From an uncultured Pseudanabaenaceae cyanobacterium (GTDB taxonomy: Bacteria > Cyanobacteriota > Cyanobacteriia > PCC-9006 > JAAUQQ01), in assembly GCA_938021205.1 (NCBI GenBank), contig CALIGI010000054.1:2149-66148 (forward strand): a stretch of DNA of 64,000 nt, given 5' to 3'. The number at the start of each line of letters is the position of its first letter. Positions within the stretch are counted from its first letter, which is position 1. This document shows positions 41,201-50,608 of this stretch, in pieces. Both the position numbers and the translations under genes were made by a program. A model generated the notes under the pieces. The model ran no database searches and was not told where the DNA came from. It saw only the letters and a list, made by a program, of their open reading frames with translations.

Positions 41201-42727
41201 GCTTGGACGCCGGAGCAGCGGGCCTGGGTGAAGGGTAAGCTGGTTGAGGGGCTTGATTCCTGGGAGAGCTTTAGCCATCCCAACGTGGCGGGGGAATTTG
41301 CCTCGAACTGGACGGCGGTGACACGCGGCGCAGAGATTGTGACGATGCTGGCCCTGGGTGAGGAAACGGTGAGGAGCGATCGCTACAACCTCATCAAGTC
41401 CCAGCTCAACCAGCACATCCTCAACGGTTACGGCCAGTACGGCTACAACCAAGAAGGTAACGGCTACCTCTCCTACGGTGGTAGCATCCTCGCCACCGCA
41501 GTTAATGCGCTGCGTAGCACGGGCGATACCGACCTAGATGCAGCGTTTGAATCCAAAGAATTCTGGAAGCTGCCGCTCTATGGCTCTGTCTTCAATGCAG
41601 ACCAGGAGTCTGTTCAATACGGTGTGGGCAATGTCCGCTTCAACGCCGAAGGCTGGACTAGCTTTGTCTTCGCGGACGTTCCTGAGGCTCAACGGGGCTA
41701 TTACAAATATGCCTATGACCTAGCCCGTGGTGTGAATAATCCCGCCGCCGATGGCGATAAGTTTGAAAATAGGCGAGCTGCCACTACTTGGTCCTTGATC
41801 TACTACCCCACGGAGGACATCACCGCCCTAGATCCCGACAGCAACCCTAGTGATTTCCAACATTTGCTCGCTAGCGATGATAAAGGTGGCTATTTTCTGC
41901 GTAACCGCTGGCAGGATGCCGATGACACGATTGTGTCCTTGATTGGTGATTTTGAGTCGGAGCCCCATGCCTGGAATCAGCCCGAAGCCTTCAACCTGGG
42001 ACTGTATGCCTATGGCGATCGCTTCATCGCTGGCCCCAGGGAGGAAACCAGCGCCAGCGCCTTTAGCACCCTGCTGATCGACGGCAACATCCCCAACCGA
42101 ACCGCGACGGGTCAGCGGGAATTCTATGAAGCCAATGCCACCGGTGGCTATGTCATCGTCGATGGCGGCACAGCCTATGCAGGCCTAGGCATCGACAGTG
42201 CAAAGCGTCACCTGGATGTGGAATTCAACCCCGACGGTTCGACCTTGCTCTCGACCCTGGATAAGGTTCGCGACACCAGCAGCCATACCTACACCTGGCA
42301 AATCAATGTGGGCGAATCCCTAGATGATGGCGGTATTAATGTCACCACGGGTAGCGAAGGTGGCTTGCAAACCTTCCTGCTCACCTCTGATGACGGCGAC
42401 TATGTCAAGGGTTGGGTCTTGGAGCCCAGCAACGTCACCTTGAGTGCAGGCGACCCACTGCAAATCACCGCTACAGGCGTGAATACGGACCTGTGGGTGG
42501 CCATGTTGACGGGTCAAGGCGCTGCCCCCACAGCCAATGTGGTGGGCAGTGGTTTAGATGCTGTACTGACGGTGGGAAGCAATCAAGTTTCCTACGATGC
42601 CAGTAGCGATCGCATCATCAGTACCTACCTAGGGGCAGTCGATCAGAGCAATCCATTCCAGGTGCTATCCAATAACCTGAATGGCGATAACCTGATCCCT
42701 GTTGATAGCAGCGGCGGATTGTTCTAG
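38228..42727 (+). CDS. Large modular protein: 4 CBM-like modules, 2 Calx-beta domains, putative polysaccharide-lyase (heparinase II/III-like) C-terminal region
   Basis: Four I.xEAE...YDVF..Y.D..DG...DY.EF.P modules; two Calx-beta-like segments (F...ET..K...PII.D...E..E); PE-rich linkers; helical then beta-rich C-terminal 630 aa. Confidence 0.8.
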   Translation: MATPIRLEAENFDLTTFGVEDLPIGGVASGNSVINLSTAGARGKAQTTLNLEGTYDVFIGYYDDQDGQGQLGVRLGGTTLKYWTLNKDLGDSPANSFYRRQLSSDLLITPGQKLEISGFKKDNEDIRIDYIEFIPTGDTANPAQPGELSFGATTYNLNEDGTATNQVTVTRSNGSDGAVSATVQLNGGTGNPGTATSADYGTGEILVSFAPGETSKTVTLPIIDDSLVEGAETLNISLVNPGGGASLGSQSQAIVTITDNDVATPPNPTNPGETIILEAEALTRSSNYVIEDSPVGSPVVSLQGGIENDHGTVSTTLDFAGSYDVFLTYFDENDGNARFETSIGGLALDEALLNADLGSNWITTGNRVRRQVGSSINISSGSNFQVTGFEDAGEYARLDKIEFIPTSGTTPVEPTPEPEPAPEPEPEPEPGNGNGDNNNNAIRIEAEDLNLSGHRIQTNSNSSGGELISFDGGSSNERGTAKTSLNLNGYYDVFVGYYDQNDGAAHMSVTVGGDKLKYWVLNRDQGTADANSNSFIRRQLASSKLITPGADLELYGLEQDGDSAAIDYVEFVPVAGTTPPPAPEPEPPSEPEPAPEPEPAPEPEPALGNGNTNNAIRIEAEDLTLSGHRVQANSSSSGGELISFDGGSDSERGTAKTNLNLNGVYDVFVGYYDQNDGAAQMSVSLGGDRLRYWVLNRNEGTPNADSNSFIRRQLADARVITPGTELEVYGLEKDGDNAAVDYLEFVPVDLSTRSGRLEFSRSSYITNEDGGQSAQVTINRIAGHGGTVTTTLSLTGDTATAGNDFNGDPITVTFAPGEESKTLLIPVINDATPEFTERLTLQLSAPSGGATLGEITQAQFTIVDDEENLEPRLYIGDGKVDEIKAAIQVAGSHHQLAFAAMQARVDQNDWQIYDENLNDGNKNYARTWLAREASMMYQLTDNPIYAQTAYEALRQVYDDPGFTNANITSDKGLTRAMVALGFAISYDWAAKAWTPEQRAWVKGKLVEGLDSWESFSHPNVAGEFASNWTAVTRGAEIVTMLALGEETVRSDRYNLIKSQLNQHILNGYGQYGYNQEGNGYLSYGGSILATAVNALRSTGDTDLDAAFESKEFWKLPLYGSVFNADQESVQYGVGNVRFNAEGWTSFVFADVPEAQRGYYKYAYDLARGVNNPAADGDKFENRRAATTWSLIYYPTEDITALDPDSNPSDFQHLLASDDKGGYFLRNRWQDADDTIVSLIGDFESEPHAWNQPEAFNLGLYAYGDRFIAGPREETSASAFSTLLIDGNIPNRTATGQREFYEANATGGYVIVDGGTAYAGLGIDSAKRHLDVEFNPDGSTLLSTLDKVRDTSSHTYTWQINVGESLDDGGINVTTGSEGGLQTFLLTSDDGDYVKGWVLEPSNVTLSAGDPLQITATGVNTDLWVAMLTGQGAAPTANVVGSGLDAVLTVGSNQVSYDASSDRIISTYLGAVDQSNPFQVLSNNLNGDNLIPVDSSGGLF

Positions 42728-42836
42728 CCTAAGCGGAAGCAAGACGGCCCCTTCCTCCTTCCAGAGCTTCGTCCTCAACAGGTCGAGCAAAAAGGCTGGG
42801 AGGGGGGGCCAGCATCTGGCCCTAGGCCCCAATCCC

Positions 42837-43430
42837 ATGTCCCAACGCAAAATTGGTCTCACTGGCGGCATCGCCACCGGCAAAACCACTGTTGCCGAAC
42901 ACCTTGCCACGGCCCATCACCTCCCCATCTTCGACGCTGATCTCTACGCCCGCGATGCTGTGGCCCCCGGCGATCCAATTTGGCAGCGCATCCTAGATCG
43001 TTATGGCTCCGAAATTCTCCTAGACGAACTCGCTCCAGCTCCTCTCAACCGTGCTCGGCTGGGGCAAATTGTCTTCCAGGACGAAGCCGAACGACAATGG
43101 CTCGAAGCCCAGATTCATCCTTATGTTGGCCAACGCTTCGATCAGGCCATCGCAGCCCAGGCTGAGGCAGCCATCATTGTCCTCGTCATCCCCCTGCTGT
43201 TCGAGAAAAAACTGACCCACCGTATCACCGAAACTTGGGTGGTGAGCTGCACCGATGCCCAGCAGCGCGATCGCCTCATGGCTCGTAATGGCTTAACCCT
43301 GGACCAGGCAGAAGCCAGGATTACCGCCCAAATGCCGCTTTCCGAAAAATGCGATCGCGCCGATGTAGTCCTAGACAATAGCCAGACCCTAGCTCACCTA
43401 ATCCAACAGGTCGATCAACAACTCACCTAA
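42837..43430 (+). CDS. coaE: Dephospho-CoA kinase
   Basis: IGLTGGIATGKTTV, DAD, LNRARLGQIVF, IHP, IPLLFE, RITAQMP. Confidence 0.95.
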   Translation: MSQRKIGLTGGIATGKTTVAEHLATAHHLPIFDADLYARDAVAPGDPIWQRILDRYGSEILLDELAPAPLNRARLGQIVFQDEAERQWLEAQIHPYVGQRFDQAIAAQAEAAIIVLVIPLLFEKKLTHRITETWVVSCTDAQQRDRLMARNGLTLDQAEARITAQMPLSEKCDRADVVLDNSQTLAHLIQQVDQQLT

Positions 43431-43740
43431 ATAACAAATGGTTCAATCGTGCAACACCCCAAAGCGACCCATACAACCCAAAGCTATGGCTAGTCGTCTT
43501 TTTCAGGGACAGAAAATCTTCTGAAAGGTAAATAGACTGCCAGTCAACCGTCAGATCACAATAGGCATTGACGGCAGTGAGTAAGATTTACATCTCAGCT
43601 TCTCTATGGGAACAGTTGGATTTTCTCAGCCGGTATTCCACACCCAAAGGCGTCTCGCCCCTTGAAACAATGGTATAGATTAAGTCTCAAAGGTTCCCTG
43701 CACAGTTTCGCTCTCGCTATTCCTCTACCCACCGCTCACC

Positions 43741-44307
43741 ATGGGCACATCCGTACAGAAGATCTCCAAATTCCTGGACCATAAGGGCTGGAAATACCGT
43801 TTAGATGCCGATAATCATCGCATCTACACTGGCGTGAAAGGCGAGAGTATTGAGCACCTACTGGTTGTCGTAGAGCTCGAGGAAGAAGGCGAATTTTTCT
43901 CGATTTACGCGCCCCAAATTTTGTCAAATGTCCAAGATCACCCCCATAAGTCCGCAATTCTCCAGACAATGCTGAGCATCTCTTGGGAGACCAAAATGCT
44001 TCAGTGGGAGTACGACCCTTCTGACGGTGAAATCCGTGCCATCATTGAATTTCCCCTAGAGGATGCTGAATTGACCGAGCGGCAATTCAATCGCTGCCTC
44101 CATGGCCTCGTCCAACTCGTCGATGAAATGGCCCTGCCCCGTTTGGCCAATGTGATGGAAACCGGCTTTGACCCCCAGGAAGAGGATGAAGGCGAGCGCT
44201 TACTCCTGGCATTGCAAACCGAGGCTCCTGGGTTGCTCACGGTCCTCGAACGCGCAATGGAAGCCCGCAAACGCCGGGGTAAGCGTTACCTCATTGAACC
44301 GGACTAA
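43741..44307 (+). CDS. Conserved cyanobacterial protein (YbjN-like fold suspected)
   Basis: WETKMLQWEYDPSDGEIRAIIEFPLED. Confidence 0.8.
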   Translation: MGTSVQKISKFLDHKGWKYRLDADNHRIYTGVKGESIEHLLVVVELEEEGEFFSIYAPQILSNVQDHPHKSAILQTMLSISWETKMLQWEYDPSDGEIRAIIEFPLEDAELTERQFNRCLHGLVQLVDEMALPRLANVMETGFDPQEEDEGERLLLALQTEAPGLLTVLERAMEARKRRGKRYLIEPD

Positions 44308-44575
44308 TCCACCACTCATTCCTTTGAGTCCTCTTTGGGGACCCCATAGACGAACCTATGAACCTCAGCGAAACCATCCGGAATTCGTTGAGGTTTGCGA
44401 ATTTTGAGATCCGATCGCAGCGCTATCCGGCAAGATATATCCACAGTCATATCCATTGATAGCAATCGTCCTTTTCCAAGCGAAAGACGGCGAGCGGTGA
44501 TGTGGATCGTAACGGTTCAGCTCATTTCAGCTAGCCCAGACTGCTCAGGACATCCATTATTCCGGGAGATGCAGC

Positions 44576-45433
44576 GTGAGAAAACTGCTTCTGCGATTGC
44601 TCATCGGTGGCATTTTTGCCATCTTTGGCATGATCAATTACTACGGTAATACCGACATCAATCCAGTGACCGGGGAGAAGCAGCGCGTTCAGCTTAGCCC
44701 CCAGCAAGAACAGGTTATTGGCATTCAGGCCCGTGGCGAAATGGCCCAGCAACATGGTGGCCTCTACCCCGATGAGCAGCTTCAGGATTATGTGGACGCC
44801 GTGGGCGCGAAACTCATCAGCGAAACTGACGCCCGGCAATCTCCCTATAACTTCGAGTTCCATCTGCTGCGCGATCCTCAAACGATTAACGCATTTGCCC
44901 TCCCTGGTGGACAGGTCTTTTTGACTGCTGGTCTCATGCGCCAGCTCGATGACGAAGCTCAGTTGGCGGGGGTGCTGGGCCATGAAATCGGCCATGTGAT
45001 TGGTCGCCATGGTGCCGAGCATATCGCCAAGCAGCAGCTAGGCGTTTCCTTGGTCAATGCAGTGGGTGTGGCTGCCAGTGATGGCAGTTACGGCGGCGGA
45101 CGCAATGCTGCCGCGATCGCCCAGGCCGTCAACCAGCTCGTTAGCCTCAAATACGGTCGTGCGGATGAACTGGAAAGCGATCGCCTCGGTCTCCAGTTCA
45201 TGGTGGAAGCGGGCTACGATCCTAGGGGCATTGTCGAGTTGATGGAAATCCTCGCCCAGGCCAATGGTCGCGGTGGTGCACCACCGGAATTTTTTAGCAG
45301 TCACCCCAACCCCGGCAACCGCGCCGCTGAACTGGCTAGCATGATCGAGCAGGCCTTCCCGAACGGTATTCCGGCTCAATTGCAAGATGGCAGCGATCGC
45401 TTTAATCGCATTGCAAGGCCTCGGCTGCCTTAG
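44576..45433 (+). CDS. M48-family metallopeptidase
   Basis: INAFALPGG, GHEIGH, DELESD, FSSHP; N-terminal TM. Confidence 0.92.
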   Translation: MRKLLLRLLIGGIFAIFGMINYYGNTDINPVTGEKQRVQLSPQQEQVIGIQARGEMAQQHGGLYPDEQLQDYVDAVGAKLISETDARQSPYNFEFHLLRDPQTINAFALPGGQVFLTAGLMRQLDDEAQLAGVLGHEIGHVIGRHGAEHIAKQQLGVSLVNAVGVAASDGSYGGGRNAAAIAQAVNQLVSLKYGRADELESDRLGLQFMVEAGYDPRGIVELMEILAQANGRGGAPPEFFSSHPNPGNRAAELASMIEQAFPNGIPAQLQDGSDRFNRIARPRLP

Positions 45434-45485
45434 GACATTTGATATTATCCCCTGCCCCTTTCAGCCCAGCCCTGCGGAGACTTCC

Positions 45486-46037
45486 ATGGATTTGACTGTT
45501 CTGTACTGGATTTTAATTGCCACGATGCTCGTGGGTGTAGCCGGAGCTGTTTTGCCTGGCATTCCGGGTCCCAGCTTGATTCTTGTCGCCATCTTGATTT
45601 GGTGCATCGCAACGAACTTTGCGATCGCCCTTTGGCCCCTGGTTCTCATTTTTGTCGCCCTGATTCTGAGCGCAGGCATCGAATGGTTTGCCGCTTACTG
45701 GGGGGCGCGTCAGGTGGGAGCGAGTCGTTGGGCTCAATTTGGCGCAGTCATGGGTATGGTGCTCGGGTTCTTTGGCCTCCTGCCTGCATTGCCTTTGGGG
45801 GGGCCCTTGATTGGGATTCTTTTTGGGGCAGTGGCCGGTGCTTTTCTGGGAGAATTTCTCTACCGAGGCAAGCTTGAATTCAAGCCCCGTTTGGAACAGT
45901 CCCTCAAGGTCAGTGTGGCTGTGGCTGTGGGTTCCCTTGTGGGAAATTTACTCGAGGTGGTTTTAGCCCTGGCTGCGATCGCCCTGTTTGTCTGGAACAC
46001 TTGGCCCGTGGCCTTTAGCTCCCTGGGCATTAGCTAA
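45486..46037 (+). CDS. DUF456-family membrane protein
   Basis: GAVLPGIPGPSLI, GARQVGAS, GAFLGE; highly hydrophobic. Confidence 0.85.
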   Translation: MDLTVLYWILIATMLVGVAGAVLPGIPGPSLILVAILIWCIATNFAIALWPLVLIFVALILSAGIEWFAAYWGARQVGASRWAQFGAVMGMVLGFFGLLPALPLGGPLIGILFGAVAGAFLGEFLYRGKLEFKPRLEQSLKVSVAVAVGSLVGNLLEVVLALAAIALFVWNTWPVAFSSLGIS

Positions 46038-46041
46038 GCCC

Positions 46042-46611
46042 ATGAGCCGCTTGATGACATTGCGATTGACCTGGCGGAAGACTTCACGACAGTCCAAAGC
46101 GTTCTGGGCGGGGCTACTGGGCTCCAGCCTATTGCTGCTCAGTAGCTGCCAATCCCCTGAGATTGATGGAGCCTCTTCCCAGGAACGCCTACTTCCCAAT
46201 GGCGATGGTGTCACCAATGCTTTGAATGATTATCTCCTCAGCATTAATGCCCTCGCTGCAAGTTCCTATGATGTCGCCTACCAGGACTTGGACAATGATC
46301 GCTTAGAGGACGCCCTCGTCATTCTTAAAGGGCCAGACTGGTGTGGTCTGAGCGGTTGTCCTTTACTGATCTTCCGAGGCACCAGCGAGAACAGCTTTCT
46401 ATTCTTGTCTCGCACGGAGCGAGTGCGCCAGCCAGTGTTGCTCAGTGACAGTCGTACCAATGGCTGGCGAGACTTGGTGATTGGCACCACCCTGAAGGGC
46501 AGGCCAGAAGATGTGCTGTTGAATTACGATTTGGATGGCTATCCCATGGATGCGAGCCAGGGGGAACGGATTGGGCGCGATCGCCAACTTAAAACTGAAT
46601 CTGCTTTTTAG
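46042..46611 (+). CDS. Putative lipoprotein
   Basis: Lipobox-like LLLLSSC after basic N-terminus; DLDNDRLEDA, WCGLSGC, TNGWRDL. Confidence 0.75.
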   Translation: MSRLMTLRLTWRKTSRQSKAFWAGLLGSSLLLLSSCQSPEIDGASSQERLLPNGDGVTNALNDYLLSINALAASSYDVAYQDLDNDRLEDALVILKGPDWCGLSGCPLLIFRGTSENSFLFLSRTERVRQPVLLSDSRTNGWRDLVIGTTLKGRPEDVLLNYDLDGYPMDASQGERIGRDRQLKTESAF

Positions 46612-46865
46612 AGACATGCATTTGACTCGTCCATTCATTGGCCAATAGATGGCCAATGGATGGACGAGGATCTATCAGGAACGAGGGTTTCATTAGACGG
46701 TTAGGTTACCAAGGCTAGGGCTGACATGGTGTGCCATTTCACTACAGAATTGCGGGGGGCTGCTTCGATTTTTAGTCCCAGGGATGAGCTAGATCTTGGA
46801 CCTGCTTGACTTTGGTCTGAGATCGCCGCACCCTACTGCTACTCCTTCCACATTCTCGCTTTGCT

Positions 46866-48539
46866 ATGCAGCCCCTCCTCCCCGACTGGCAGCAGCTTTC
46901 CCTTGAGCAGCAGGTCGCCCAGCTTTTTGTGGTGCGCACCAGCGGCTATCTCTTTGATCACCAAATTCGCTATCCCCAGTGGGAGGCTCGCCGGTCAACC
47001 CTGAAGCGTTGGGTGGAAGAGCTGGGCGTGGGAGGCGTGATTTTTTTGGGGGGGAGTGCAGCGGAGCTGGCGACGAAGACGGCTCAGCTCCAGGAGTGGG
47101 CCGATATCCCTTTGTTGATGGCGGCGGATATTGAGGAGGGGGTTGGACAGCGGTTTGAGGGGGCGACCTGGATGCCGCCGCCCATGGCGTTGGGTGCGAT
47201 CGCGGCGATGGATTGGGAGCGGGCCAAGGCGTTGGCGTTTAAGCTGGGCGAGACAACGGCGAGGGAAGCCCATGCGGTGGGGTTGAATTGGCTCCTGGCT
47301 CCGGTGGTGGATGTGAATAACAATCCTGACAACCCGGTGATTAATGTGCGGGCCTTTAGTGAATTGCCCGATCGCGTCAGTGCCCTGAGCAGCGCGTTTA
47401 TCCAAGGTGCCCAAAGCCAGCCCGTCCTGGCCACAGCGAAGCATTTTCCTGGCCATGGCGACACGGCGACGGATTCCCACCTGGAATTGCCGGTGATTCC
47501 CCACGATCGCGAGCGTCTCAATGCGGTGGAGCTGGCTCCGTTTCAGCAGGCGATCGCCGACAAAGTCGCCTCGATCATGACGGCCCATCTGCTCCTGCCT
47601 GCCCTGGATGGGGACAAACCCGCGACGCTCTCTAAACCCATCCTTACGGACCTGCTGCGGGAAGAAATGGGCTACGAAGGGTTGATCGTCACTGATGCCC
47701 TCGTGATGCAGGCGATTACGAAGCAGTATGGCGAATACGAAGCACCGGTGCTGGCTTTTGAAGCGGGGGCGGATGTGCTGCTGATGCCGGTGGACCCGGA
47801 AGGGGCGATTTCTGCCCTCTGTGAAGCAATTCGGACAGGGCGCATTGCCCAGGAGCGACTGGAGCAATCTGTGGAGCGCATTTGGCGAGCCAAGCAGCGG
47901 GTGAGCCAGGGGCCAGGAACGCCTTGCTTTGGTGATGGCGTGGCGGGCCATGGTTGGGAGACGGAGCTTCCGCCTGTGCTGGATTTGGCAGGACTAGCCC
48001 AGCCGGAAACCAGGCAATTGCTCCATGACATTCTTCAGGAGTCCCAGGCAGTTCAGGGCCAGCTACCGTTGCAATTTGCGACGCCAGCCATTGCAGCTTC
48101 GTCCCTGAATATGGTGGTGGTGGATAGCCTTTTGGATGCGCCATTTTTGGGTCGCCATACCCCGGCGATCGCCTTGCCTAATAGCCTGGGCTATGAGTCT
48201 CATTGGGTGGATAACCAGTCCAATCTCAAGTTGCGCACGGGCCAACCGACGTTGCTACAACTCTTTATTCGCGGCAATCCCTTCCGGGGGAGCGCGGGCC
48301 TGACCCAAACGGCCCAGCTCTGCCTCGATCAGCTATTGAGCAATCATTGTTTGCAAGCCCTGGTGCTCTATGGCAGCCCCTACGCTTGGCATACGTTCAT
48401 CAGTCAATTGCCCGCTGAGCTGCCAGCGGTGTTTAGCTATGGACAGATGCCAGATGCCCAGGCGATCGCCCTGGGGTCGCTCTTTGGCCAGCAGGTGGGT
48501 GCCAATGACCGCAGTGCCAATACAGGTTTTACGGATTGA
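46866..48539 (+). CDS. nagZ: GH3 beta-N-acetylhexosaminidase (NagZ-like)
   Basis: ADIEEG, APVVDVN, KHFPGHGDTATDSH, IMTAH, VTDALVM. Confidence 0.9.
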   Translation: MQPLLPDWQQLSLEQQVAQLFVVRTSGYLFDHQIRYPQWEARRSTLKRWVEELGVGGVIFLGGSAAELATKTAQLQEWADIPLLMAADIEEGVGQRFEGATWMPPPMALGAIAAMDWERAKALAFKLGETTAREAHAVGLNWLLAPVVDVNNNPDNPVINVRAFSELPDRVSALSSAFIQGAQSQPVLATAKHFPGHGDTATDSHLELPVIPHDRERLNAVELAPFQQAIADKVASIMTAHLLLPALDGDKPATLSKPILTDLLREEMGYEGLIVTDALVMQAITKQYGEYEAPVLAFEAGADVLLMPVDPEGAISALCEAIRTGRIAQERLEQSVERIWRAKQRVSQGPGTPCFGDGVAGHGWETELPPVLDLAGLAQPETRQLLHDILQESQAVQGQLPLQFATPAIAASSLNMVVVDSLLDAPFLGRHTPAIALPNSLGYESHWVDNQSNLKLRTGQPTLLQLFIRGNPFRGSAGLTQTAQLCLDQLLSNHCLQALVLYGSPYAWHTFISQLPAELPAVFSYGQMPDAQAIALGSLFGQQVGANDRSANTGFTD

Positions 48540-48711
48540 ACTTGGCAGGATTCAAGACCTTTTGACGGGGAGCGATCGCAGTCATTACGACCCTGATGTC
48601 TTGGACGTTGTGCGATCGTGAATCGCAGAGAGAAGTGGAGCCCTAGGCTCACCGACTGGGACAATGGGGCAGTTTGTTTTTTCAGTCAGCGGTCTGCTCG
48701 CATCTTTCGTT

Positions 48712-49680
48712 ATGGCTCAGTCGTTCAAGAAACTCATCATCCAAATTCCCTGCTACAACGAGGAGGGAACTTTGGGCCTGACGCTTTCGGAGTTGCCTCG
48801 GCAGGTGCCGGGGGTGGAGGTGGTGGAGTGGTTGATCATTGATGATGGCAGTCGCGATCTCACCGTGGAAGTGGCAAAAAGTTGTGGTGTCAACTACGTT
48901 GTTCAGCTCCCCCACAATCAGGGTTTGGCGCGAGGCTTTATGGCGGGGTTGGAAGCCTGTGTTCGGGCTGGGGCTGACATCATTGTCAACACCGATGCGG
49001 ATAACCAATATTGTGCGGCGGATATTCCCAAGCTGGTGGAACCTATTCTCCGAGGTGAGGCTGATATTGTTGTAGGCGCAAGACCGATCTCGGAGATTCA
49101 GCATTTTTCGCCGATCAAGAAGCTGCTACAAAAGCTGGGGAGCTGGGTGGTTCGTAGCGCCAGTGGCACCCAAATTCCTGATGCTCCCAGCGGCTTTCGG
49201 GCGATTAGCCGGGAGGCGGCGCTCCAGTTGAATGTGTTTAATGAGTATACCTATACGTTGGAGACGATTATTCAGGCGGGGCAGCGGGGCATGTCCATTG
49301 TGGGGGTGCCGATTCGGACAAATGGTTATTTGCGGCCTTCACGGTTGGTGAAGAGTATTCCGACCTATGTGCGGCGATCGCTGTTCACGATTCTGCGTAT
49401 TTTTATGACTTACCGACCGATGCGGTTTTTCATTTTTCTGGGAGGGGTGCCCTTTGGTATGGGGATGCTGTTGGGGATTCGTTGGTTGGTTTTCTTTGCG
49501 GCTGGGAGCGATCGTACGCGCATTCCTAGTCTGATCTTGGCGGCGATCTTGTTGCTAATTGGTGTTCAGCTCTGGCTGTTCGCCTTTATCGCGGATCTGT
49601 TGGCGGTGAATCGCAAGATTCTGGAGGAGACGCAGTTGCGGCAGCGTCGGGCGGATTGGACGGGGGGCACGGGGCGCTGA
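48712..49680 (+). CDS. Glycosyltransferase family 2 (DPM/DPG-synthase-like)
   Basis: IQIPCYNEE, IDDGSRD, NTDADNQY, DAPSGFRA; two C-terminal TMs. Confidence 0.92.
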   Translation: MAQSFKKLIIQIPCYNEEGTLGLTLSELPRQVPGVEVVEWLIIDDGSRDLTVEVAKSCGVNYVVQLPHNQGLARGFMAGLEACVRAGADIIVNTDADNQYCAADIPKLVEPILRGEADIVVGARPISEIQHFSPIKKLLQKLGSWVVRSASGTQIPDAPSGFRAISREAALQLNVFNEYTYTLETIIQAGQRGMSIVGVPIRTNGYLRPSRLVKSIPTYVRRSLFTILRIFMTYRPMRFFIFLGGVPFGMGMLLGIRWLVFFAAGSDRTRIPSLILAAILLLIGVQLWLFAFIADLLAVNRKILEETQLRQRRADWTGGTGR

Positions 49681-50378
49681 GCGCTTGCAAGGCAGGGCCT
49701 AGAACGGTCTCCACGCAAACGATGTGGTAGGTGGTGGGCATAGGATCGTCCTCGCCGCCCACCTTGGCAATGGGCGTGACATCACCCATGAGCAACTGGC
49801 TTTTGCATCGCTTCGCTTGGGGCAGGGACTTGGGAAATTGCCGGGGAGTGGATGCGATCGCCCGCTCTATTACACCTAGGTTCATGAACACCCGATAGAG
49901 AGTTCTCTGGACGAGGAAACTGGGTTGGATATGTTGGTAGATGCCATCATTGCCGTATCCATAGGGCTTTTTAGGCTGTTAATTCTACGGAGAGAATAGC
50001 CATCAGACCATGTTGTAGCCAACAAGCAATGTATGTTTTTAATAAAGCTACCCCGTTACCCTTGAGGTCTCTAGCTTTGAGTCGTTAATCTGATTTCAGT
50101 GAGTTCACGTAGTTGAACAAGCTGGTTACCTGCCCCCAGGTAAGTCACCTGCTCCTTCGCCCCCCCCAAAAAAGAATTTTGGGGTGCGAGAGGACAGTCG
50201 ACCTCTTAACCGATCATCAGGGACGATCTAGAGGTTTCGCTCGTTTGTTCGAGTGGTGTAGGGGGAATTCGCTGGTGTTGTGGTTCACAGCTCCGGGACG
50301 AATATTCAACGGTGGATTCATCTCCCACCTGAGAGCCCCAAAATAATTTAGGCCTAGACCAGGTAGGTCTAAATTTTT

Positions 50379-50419
50379 AAGGCAGCTCCTCCCATTTGCT
50401 CCGGGAGGGCTGCCTTTTT
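50379..50419 (+). terminator. Terminator-like hairpin with T tail
   Basis: AAGGCAGCTCCTCCC ... GGGAGGGCTGCCTTTTT. Confidence 0.55.
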
Positions 50420-50452
50420 GATTTTTGGAAGGTTGTATATGCCCTAAAGCAA

Positions 50453-50514
50453 CCTGAGTTTGACAAGAGGCAAGACGGCCTATCCCCTAGCTCCTCTCCT
50501 AAATGAGAAGGGAA
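50453..50514. repeat. Partial copy of the dispersed repeat family
   Basis: CCTGAGTTTGACA...TCCCCTAGCTCCTCTCCTAAATGAGAAGGG resembles left arm of 31317-31478. Confidence 0.6.
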
Positions 50515-50608
50515 AGATACAGGCGGTCAACCCCAGTTTGGGTTAGCTTCCCTTGCGATCTTAGTCAAGGCTAAGGCAAGGGGACGGCTGTTTGGCGATT
50601 GGAGATAG

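Noticed and set aside
46995-47951. 318-aa minus-strand ORF
   Set aside because: Antisense shadow of nagZ; R/H-rich nonsense composition
49586-50346. Small ORFs 49586-49891 and 50113-50346
   Set aside because: They overlap a real gene or hairpin repeats and show no family motifs
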